Both the position numbers and the translations under genes were made by a program. Of a stretch of 64,000 bases of DNA, positions 1 to 7,800 are shown in pieces (position 1 is the first letter of the stretch; every line of letters starts with the position of its first letter). The notes beneath the pieces were generated by a model. The model saw only the letters and a program-made list of their open reading frames with translations. It ran no database searches and had not been told where the DNA came from. This stretch comes from an uncultured Spirochaetota bacterium (GTDB lineage Bacteria > Spirochaetota > Brevinematia > Brevinematales > JAOACQ01): the NCBI GenBank assembly GCA_963783575.1, contig CAWAOD010000015.1, positions 32,001-96,000 of the forward strand, in the 5' to 3' direction.

Positions 1-180
1 AGCTTCATATAGGCCAAAGCCAGGAATATCGACAAGGGATTTTGAAAGGTTGCCCTGCGGATCGGCGTCAATAACCAGCGTTTTGTGCCCCATTGCCGCC
101 AGCCAGATCGAAAGGTTGAAGGTTAAAGTTGTTTTACCAACGCCGCCCTTTTGGTTGGATAATACGATTGTTTTTGACAT
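1..180 (-). CDS. parA: ParA/Soj-family ATPase, 5' part only (runs off window)
   Basis: Manual translation from ATG at 180: [46 protein letters not shown], with deviant Walker A (KGGVGKTT) and DADPQGN motif. Confidence 0.9.
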   Translation of the reverse strand, partial: MSKTIVLSNQKGGVGKTTLTFNLSIWLAAMGHKTLVIDADPQGNLSKSLVDIPGFGLYEA

Positions 181-190
181 AGCCAGCCCC

Positions 191-466
191 CTAATTGGAT
201 TCGGGGGCTTTGAGACGCATTTCTTTCTTCACATTTCCCAACAATGCGTTTAAATGAACGTAAGCCCGGCGGAAATCCAGAAGATTAACCGTAGCCTGGC
301 CGTTGAAGTATTCAATCTGCGCCTGAGTTAGACCTTCGCCTGTGAAGGTAAATTTTCCGGCTGGCTTTTTGGCTTCTCTGGCAAGTTCGACTTTTTCAAC
401 CGAATAGCCGAGGCAGATATAATACCCGGCCTCGTAATAATCCGAAGTGATTAAGGTTTGCAACAT
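191..466 (-). CDS. Small phage/mobile-element-type hypothetical protein (DUF5659-like)
   Basis: 91 aa ORF, strong RBS AGGAGG, directly upstream of par[14 protein letters not shown]-terminus resembles small phage proteins (family assignment tentative). Confidence 0.6.
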   Translation of the reverse strand: MLQTLITSDYYEAGYYICLGYSVEKVELAREAKKPAGKFTFTGEGLTQAQIEYFNGQATVNLLDFRRAYVHLNALLGNVKKEMRLKAPESN

Positions 467-508
467 GTTCTCCTCCTTAATATTTCGGAGGAAAACGCCT
501 CGAATGGA

Positions 509-537
509 TTGATTAAAGCTTCAGCTTATGCTATAAT
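509..537 (+). promoter_or_regulatory. sigma70-type promoter
   Basis: TTGATT-17 bp-TATAAT with extended TG. Confidence 0.65.
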
Positions 538-543
538 AACTTA

Positions 544-619
544 GGTAAGTTTCGAGGAGTTTTCCTCACTTATGGCTCTGCTTTCAACTTGTCTAGGGCG
601 GAAAGCAGGGCTTTTCTTT
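544..619 (+). ncRNA. Putative ~75-nt antisense sRNA opposite the leader of the leftward operon
   Basis: Promoter 509-537 followed by terminator-like stem gctctgctttc(575-585)/gaaagcagggc(601-611) plus T-rich tract; no ORF. Confidence 0.45.
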
Positions 620-718
620 ATCTCTAAAGATTTTAAAAACAGGCTTTTTAAGCTTGTTTTTTTAAGCAAAATACATTCATATATACACTTATTATGTTTG
701 TTACATTAATTATATATT

Positions 719-1447
719 ATGGGTAAATTTTTGTCAAGCACAATTTTAAAAAGAAGAAAAAGAAATACTTACTTGATTGGTAAAAACTTTAAAGAACTTA
801 GAAAAAATGAAGGATTTACACTTGAAGTCTTGTCCAATAAGACCAAAATTCATATTGAACCATTAAAGCAATATGAAAGTAATCTATACTCACCAAACCT
901 AAATAATCTTAATAAGCTCTCTAATTTCTATGGTGTTTCTATCGATTTTCTTATCCTATGGGACAAAACTAATTACATCAGAAGTACCAGGTTAATTGAA
1001 CTGTCGAAAATTATTGACAAACTCGACCAGGTGAAACGGTTTCAAGTTGAATCCACAGCCATGACCCTTATAGGAGATAAGATTTCCAACGTTTTCGTTA
1101 AAGAAGATTCTTTTGATTTGACCAATGATATACATTTAAACCTGAAACAGCTTCGGGAGAGCAGTAAAGTTTCACAAAATAATATTGCTGATTATCTAAA
1201 CATTTCTCAAGGCTTGGTAGCAAACTATGAACGAATAACTATCCCTCCACTGGATAATTTAATCAAGCTTGCAGAGTTCTTCAGTGTGTCCATTCATTCT
1301 TTGGTTACAGGAGAAAATCTGACTTTTCAGTTAGCTAACAATGGATTGAAAGATTCCGTCTTGAAAGCAGACCAGTTGCTTAGTATCAAAGATAAAAGTT
1401 TTCTCATTCTTTTGATGGATAAAATTATCATGGAAACAAAAACCTGA
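719..1447 (+). CDS. XRE-family regulator with two tandem HTH_3 domains
   Basis: Two repeats of the pattern LK.LR....SQ..IA..L.IS......YE....P....L.KLA.FF.VS. Confidence 0.85.
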   Translation: MGKFLSSTILKRRKRNTYLIGKNFKELRKNEGFTLEVLSNKTKIHIEPLKQYESNLYSPNLNNLNKLSNFYGVSIDFLILWDKTNYIRSTRLIELSKIIDKLDQVKRFQVESTAMTLIGDKISNVFVKEDSFDLTNDIHLNLKQLRESSKVSQNNIADYLNISQGLVANYERITIPPLDNLIKLAEFFSVSIHSLVTGENLTFQLANNGLKDSVLKADQLLSIKDKSFLILLMDKIIMETKT

Positions 1448-1629
1448 TAACTTTATCGTCCCCAAATAAACAAAAGCATTGAAATTAAAGAATAGCTTCT
1501 TGTCCCGACATTCGGCTCTCGTCGGGCACCCTTGAAATCTCCGGCGCGTTCACCGTCCTCACACTGCCTGCGCTTTCAACGGTGCCACTCCTCAAGCCGC
1601 CGGTTTTTCCGGTGCGCCACTCGCCTCTC

Positions 1630-1657
1630 TCTTAACATAATTTGCCTTATCGTCAAG
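1630..1657 (-). promoter_or_regulatory. Xer dif-like site, 6-bp central region
   Basis: Minus strand CTTGACGATAA-GGCAAA-TTATGTTAAGA; right arm matches the XerD arm TTATGTTAAAT. Confidence 0.65.
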
Positions 1658-1761
1658 CAAGCGACACAATCGCACTGAATATACCGATTTTGATTTTTTA
1701 AACAATAAGCTTCTGAATTTCCTGTCTTTCCTTCATCCCGAAGGCTCAATGGCTGCAAACG

Positions 1762-1790
1762 CCTGCCGCTAAGGCTAAATTATGTTAAGT
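1762..1790 (+). promoter_or_regulatory. Xer dif-like site, 7-bp central region
   Basis: CCTGCCGCTAA-GGCTAAA-TTATGTTAAGT. Confidence 0.6.
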
Positions 1791-2229
1791 TGTCTCAGTT
1801 CTACTTTTTTAAAGCTTTATCCTTTCCGGTTCTTTCATCATTAGGTTCTGAGCCAAACGTTCGGCGGCGCCACACCGGAAAAACCGGGCTGGCGCTTCGG
1901 CGACAGACTGCGCCATGTCCCACCCGCCCATACGTCCGCCTTTAGCCTGTGCCATCATCAAGCCCCTTTCGGACTCCCATCTTCGGTTATCAAAAAACTG
2001 GAATTTAAAGATCTTTCTTTTTCAGATCCACCCAGCCATGAATATTATACCATTCAATCAAGAATTATCAAGGGTAAAGTCGCTGGCCCGCTCCCGGATT
2101 CTGCGGAATCCGCCCTTGACAATTCTTGCTTTCGCTGGTTTTGCGGTTAGGCTGGGCGGATATTAATTAATAAAACTAAAGTAATTTTTATATTATTCGA
2201 CATATATTATAAAAAAAGAGGTTAACTCT

Positions 2230-3048
2230 ATGAATCACAAGAGAATTCAAATTCTGAATATCTACTCCAGACAAAAAAAATCTTCAAATAATATTTTATC
2301 TGATGTAATAACTATAACATTAATTACTTTGATATTCTCTATCGTATTTTATTCATATGAAATAGGTTATGCCGACTATTTTGGTTACAATTATTCATTA
2401 ATAAAAGTAACACTTTTTGGAAGAATACTTTCAATTTTTTCTTTGTCATTGTATTCTAATTTTACCGTTATTATTGTTCTCATTTTTACCATTATTATAT
2501 TATTATATGCACGTATGCTATCACCAAAAAAGGTTATTCCGTATAAGACAAAAGTTAAAATATTAATTCCAATTTTACTATTGTCAATTAAATACTTAAT
2601 TATACCCCCCGTTATGTTTCTGCTCATTAAATATCTCGTATCTGATAAACATCTTGTCTCTTTTAATTACATAATTGTTCCAATATATGTGATTCTTCTC
2701 TTAATTAATATCCAAAAATATTTTAAAGTATTAGACAGATTTAAAAATATAAGTTCTTTTTTTATAGATACATTAAATGATTATGGAAGTATATTCACCA
2801 ATTATATTTATATCTCAATATTTTTGATTTGTATGTCCTATTCTGCAGGTTATAATTACGCTAAAAACAAGAAAATTTTTGAATCTTACGATAATGGAAC
2901 GAACCTAATAATTAATCATTACAATGATTATTCTATTGTTAATTCCAGAATAAATGTATTAAATACTAATAAGGTATATTTTTTCCTTAAAAATGAAGAT
3001 TTAACGAATAAGTATATAACAAATGTTTCTATTACGAATACCAATTAA
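2230..3048 (+). CDS. Hypothetical multi-pass membrane protein (very AT-rich cargo gene)
   Basis: 272 aa ORF with about 5 hydrophobic segments; far lower GC than its flanks. Confidence 0.7.
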   Translation: MNHKRIQILNIYSRQKKSSNNILSDVITITLITLIFSIVFYSYEIGYADYFGYNYSLIKVTLFGRILSIFSLSLYSNFTVIIVLIFTIIILLYARMLSPKKVIPYKTKVKILIPILLLSIKYLIIPPVMFLLIKYLVSDKHLVSFNYIIVPIYVILLLINIQKYFKVLDRFKNISSFFIDTLNDYGSIFTNYIYISIFLICMSYSAGYNYAKNKKIFESYDNGTNLIINHYNDYSIVNSRINVLNTNKVYFFLKNEDLTNKYITNVSITNTN

Positions 3049-3359
3049 CAAACCCCCAGTAATCAACAACACCAGCGACAGGCAGAAAAATCAAGGATGA
3101 GCGCATCAGCGCGAACGACGACAGGAGCTTGTCCTTGATTTTTCTGAATGGAGCGGTATAATTCTTTTTACTGGGGGTTTTTAAATGATCGGTGCTTTAT
3201 CTTGATTTGATTTCCCGGGAGCCGAACGGCACTTGATAGAATAAAAAAAACCTCGCCGGCGCACGGGCGGGTCGGGGCCAGCGACAAAACTTGATGACGG
3301 CGCCAGCCCTGTTTTTAGCGCCGCGCCTTTGCCTCTACCCCGCTTTTACACCCCGGCAA

Positions 3360-3388
3360 AGTTAACATAAGTTCCGCTTATGGGCTGT
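3360..3388 (-). promoter_or_regulatory. Xer dif-like site, 7-bp central region
   Basis: Minus strand ACAGCCCATAA-GCGGAAC-TTATGTTAACT. Confidence 0.6.
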
Positions 3389-3490
3389 AATTCCTTCCAC
3401 TGAGCCGTTTTAATAACCGTAAAAGCTGATTTAAGTTTAATAAGAATTGAAAATATATGGCTTCAGAATCGACGCGATTTACTCCCCTGC

Positions 3491-3518
3491 ACAGACCATA
3501 AGCGGACTTATGTTAAAG
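3491..3518 (+). promoter_or_regulatory. Xer dif-like site, 6-bp central region
   Basis: ACAGACCATAA-GCGGAC-TTATGTTAAAG, canonical 11-6-11 layout. Confidence 0.7.
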
Positions 3519-3974
3519 CAAGCGGCGGGGATCAGGCTTTGCCTGTCCACGCAAAAACAGGCGGTTTGACGAACCCGCTGTAGCGAACGTAGGCGGTGCT
3601 GACAGCCGGAAGCGCGCCGCAGTGAACGGAAGCGGGTGAGGAAAGCCGAGCTGGCTTTCTACAGCCTCCATGCCCCCGACTCCGCGACAATACTGCATAT
3701 AGCGGCTCTTATTCCGCTTTGCATATATACCCAAACCCGCTCAAAAAACACATGAGATGTTTTGGATATATACTCAAAGCATTCATTTCCTTTTCAGGTT
3801 AGAAAATATTAAATATATACTTAATGTTTTAAACTCTTTACATATATAGCTAAAACTGTTATCTGCCGAGGGGAAAATAACTTCTCTCGGATATATCTAA
3901 AGAAGACACACCTTCTACAGCTCCACCCAACAAAAAAAGCCTCAAGCTTCTTCTGCCTACAGGGCTTGTTAAAA

Positions 3975-4844
3975 TCATTTCTCTATGCTATATCTGTATA
4001 CATCCTTCCTTGTCATTCCAAATACCACATAGGAACTGTCCGACTTCCAGTTAAAAAAATACGATGCCAGAGAAGCATTGTTTGTCAATGTCCTTAAAAC
4101 CTTCTGCTTTTGAAGGTCTATGAAATATAAGAGATTTTGTTTATCTTGGCAGATCACTGTCCTTTCATCAGGCGAAATCGTGAAATAGTCCATAAACACG
4201 GTCACATCTACAGGCAATTTCACTTTCTCAAACTTTTTCTGACTGATGGAATAGCGGTAAATTTTCGATTCTTCCGGACCGTCCAGAAAATTCTGATTAT
4301 TCAACAAGTAAATTAAGTCCGGATTCTTTACTGCTATAGGTAGAAAATACCATTCTTTTGAACTATATAGCTGTTCATTGCTTCCCGTGGTAATATCAAA
4401 TTGATATAGCTTATGGACTTCTTTATCCCCTTTACCTTCCATTGCATCATAATATATTCTTTTTGAATCATAAGACCAGCAATAATAATTATGTTTTGTG
4501 GCTATAACGGAAATTATTTGATAATTGCTACTATTAATAATTTCAAGGCGTTTATTGCTATATTTTGTAAGATATAAACCATCTGGACTCATTTCATTAT
4601 ACCTATTGCTATCATTTTCAAATACAACTACATTTGTTATATAATAACCAGCATTATGATAAATCACATCATCTTTTGTTAATAATTGTTTAATAAGTAA
4701 GCTATCATTTTTACTGTCAATAATTAGCCCCCATAATTCACCTTCATCAAATTTGTAGATTCTTTCAAGTTTGTCTAATCCAAATAAATATGAAAAATTA
4801 AAAATGCTCATAACCAAAATGATGATATAAATTTTTCTTTTCAT
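3975..4844 (-). CDS. Secreted TolB-like beta-propeller protein, putative Rhs immunity protein
   Basis: Signal peptide; SPDG, WSYDS, ISPDE, WKSDS blade motifs; 10 bp downstream of the Rhs stop. Confidence 0.6.
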   Translation of the reverse strand: MKRKIYIIILVMSIFNFSYLFGLDKLERIYKFDEGELWGLIIDSKNDSLLIKQLLTKDDVIYHNAGYYITNVVVFENDSNRYNEMSPDGLYLTKYSNKRLEIINSSNYQIISVIATKHNYYCWSYDSKRIYYDAMEGKGDKEVHKLYQFDITTGSNEQLYSSKEWYFLPIAVKNPDLIYLLNNQNFLDGPEESKIYRYSISQKKFEKVKLPVDVTVFMDYFTISPDERTVICQDKQNLLYFIDLQKQKVLRTLTNNASLASYFFNWKSDSSYVVFGMTRKDVYRYSIEK

Positions 4845-4854
4845 AAATTCTCCA

Positions 4855-7800
4855 TTATTTAGAAAAATAATAAGTTAAGTCCGGTATTACCGAAGTTCTA
4901 AATCCGTAGTTTAATGTACCGTTAGGAGTTAAATTATTTAGTATATTGTCTCTCCCTTGCTGAGCTATTGCCGGTGCATAATAATCTTCTTCTTGGTAAG
5001 TAACATAAACACCTTTTCCTGGAGCTAATAAAGCCATATGATTATCATTTGCTACATAGACCAGTTGTCCATGATTTGCCATTTCCTGAACATCATATCC
5101 TTGGTTTGCATCCATAGTTCCATATGAATTATCTGTAAAATACTTTGTCGCATACGGTACACCCCAATGACCTACGGTTTCCAAATCTGAATTTCCGGTA
5201 TATAGCTTGGTTACATAAGATGCGTAACGATCGCAATAAGTCTGGGTTTTTGTTTCAATTGATGGAAAGATTCCAACCCAGACTAATTTTGAAGTAGTGG
5301 TAGGATTGAAAGCCGGGTTATCATACGCAATTCTTTCTGTGAAGTAAAGTCTTTCCGCATCAGTCATGTTATGATCGTCAGCAAAATCTTTAATACTATC
5401 ATAAGTCAAGCTATTAAAAGGTATTTTGCCATTTTTGTATTGATTCTTAAACTCTTGAAATGCATCATTTACTTTATTAAGACTTTCCTGACCATGCCAA
5501 GAAGTATCCCTATAATTTGTTGGATTATCTGTATAATTCGGGTTTATCGGAGCATTATAATCATTTGCGTAATTTACTGAACCTGTAATTGGATTTATAT
5601 TAGCTCCATAATCATTCGCATAATTGCCGGTATGCAAAGATGTTGCTTCTATACTTGGAGTATTCCCCGCTACTGAACTGGGGGGAGAAATGGGGGTTTG
5701 ATTATTAAATTCCGCTGCTACTTCCGGTGTTGCCGGTACAGGATTGGATAAATTATATTCCATAGCATCCATAAGGTTCTTATAATACTCCAACTCTCGT
5801 TCCAGATTAACATCATCTCCTAGTTTGTTCATAATAATTTTAGCCGGGTCAAAATAAAAATTGCTGTTCAATGAACCGACCCGCTGTCCGTCAAGATACC
5901 CAGAGGTTGCACTGGCCTGCAATCCCGCGTAATCGGTAAATCCATACCCTATATTAGCGTTTTCGGTTCTGCCGCGGTAGTTTCCATTTTTGTCGTAATA
6001 CCAGTCCATGCCGGCACCGATATCAAACCCCTGGTTATACCCGGTCTGCTGGTTATAGCCGTAGCTTAATCCAAAACCGTAATTCATTCCCTCGTATTCT
6101 CCATACTCTCCATAATTCCACTGAGCGTGCAATCCGATATTGGCTCCGTTTGACGTTATCCCTGCGTTTGTCCCGATATATTCACTCTGAGATTTCCACA
6201 TTCTGTCATATTCATCGCCGTTCAGGCTGCGTTCCATTGTTCCGCCGAAACTTAAACCTGCTCCTACCTGTAGATATTTAGGGTCTCCTATTCCTATCCC
6301 GGCATTGACATTCCAGTTGAAAGTTTCCGTACGGTATGTATAAGAATGCTTAAAATCAACTCCGCCGCCGAAATAAACAGGAGCTCCGATAGGAGCAAGG
6401 TTCACTTCTAAAGACGAGCCTTCTTCTATATAATATCCTTCATTCTTAGACTTCCCGTATCCATATTTTACAAACCCTAAGTCTATACCGATGAATTCTT
6501 CATAATTAGGATTAACCTGTTCATTTACATAGTTATAACAATCTAGAGAAACTCCTTGATAGCTTGAATCCTTTGCTTCGAACATCGCTCCCACAGCATT
6601 TGACATCACATCATCGCCGAGAGCTGTGGATGATACCTGTCCCATTGATGCGCCCATGAAAAGGCTGCTTATTATATCTTCGCCGTAAGGGTCCCAGAAA
6701 GTCATTGGATTGTTAAGCCCATAAACATACCAGTTCAACCCCGCCGGCCCATATCGTTTATCCGGGTCTTGAATGGGGTCCTGGGTGATAAACCGGCCTG
6801 TGGAAGGGTCAAGGAATCTTGCCCTTGCATAATACAATTTGGATTCACTGTCAAAATAATGCCCGGTGTAACTTATCCCTTCTTTCACTGAGGAGGAGGA
6901 GGAGTTCGTCTCCCCCTCTCCAGACTTGGATAGGGGGCCGGGGTTTGAGGCTATTTGTTCCCCGAAAGCTGTATAGTCGTATGTCTGATAAGAAAATGAA
7001 TGCGTGTTAATAGTGATAGGCGAGTCATAGAGTTCGCCTCTGACTGATCCCTGGGCATCTTTCAGGTAGACAGACGTCTTAACCGAAATCTCCGCCTCAT
7101 AGCTGTTGATCATTATGTTATTCAAATAGAATGTCGAATCATCAAAGAGAATATTCTGCCCGTCATATACAAACCTTATTGCGGGTTGATCAATGCTTCC
7201 TGCCGCGTCCGATGTTTCGTTCTTGGATATCCGCAGGTTATTGACATCGTAAACATTCTTTGTTATTGTAGTATTCCCGTTTTCTAAAAGGTTATACTCC
7301 GTCATCAAATCCCTGGAGTCATACTTGAACCTCTCCGTCTTCCCGGAGCCGTCCTTCTTAACCAGCCTCCCCGCCCGGTCGTATGTATACGAAACACTCC
7401 CCTTAGTGGATTGTTCGAGCATAAGCCTGTTATCGTTGTCATAGGTATAATGGGTAATGTTATTGCAAGCCGAAGGCGTAGCAATCTGATTGGTCGGTGT
7501 GGAATAAAAGCTGGTTGTCTTAACCAATCTGTTCCCGCATGCATCGTAAGAAAAAACCTCGCTGTTGCTCAGACCGTAATTCGCAGAAACCAGCCTGTAT
7601 GTCTTATCATATTGGAATGTGGAGACACACAATTGTGCGCCTGCCTCACTTACCGTCTCCTTAGTCCTATTGCCTACCTTATCGTAGGTGTAGCCATAGC
7701 TCGATAAAAACTGAACCTGTGCTGAGCTGGTATACTGAGCCTGTCGAAGTGCTGACGAAGCATTTGTGGTATTTGATATTGAAGTAAGCCTATATATATT

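Larger units (their letters stand above)
1500..2161 (-). repeat. Structured non-coding element, copy L (diverged inverted homolog of 3050-3690)
   Basis: GC-rich, nested inverted repeats (1600-1614/1873-1887; 1631-1649/1770-1789; 2026-2037/2150-2161; 2059-2074/2113-2128); co-linear motif matches to 3050-3690. Confidence 0.75.
3050..3690 (+). repeat. Structured non-coding element, copy R
   Basis: Inverted repeats 3050-3062/3168-3180, 3083-3097/3132-3146, 3308-3316/3553-3561, 3362-3388/3491-3516. Confidence 0.75.

Noticed and set aside
50..253. Plus-strand 67 aa ORF
   Set aside because: Antisense shadow of parA
1630..3518. Integron attC array
   Set aside because: Stems end in AAC/GTT but lack the unpaired R-L spacer, the two units are inverted rather than direct, no intI is seen, and the 11-6/7-11 dif layout fits better
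1576..3734. Short ORFs 1576-1758, 1915-2166 and 3513-3734
   Set aside because: They lie in the structured repeats, have no RBS or motifs, and are not conserved between the two copies
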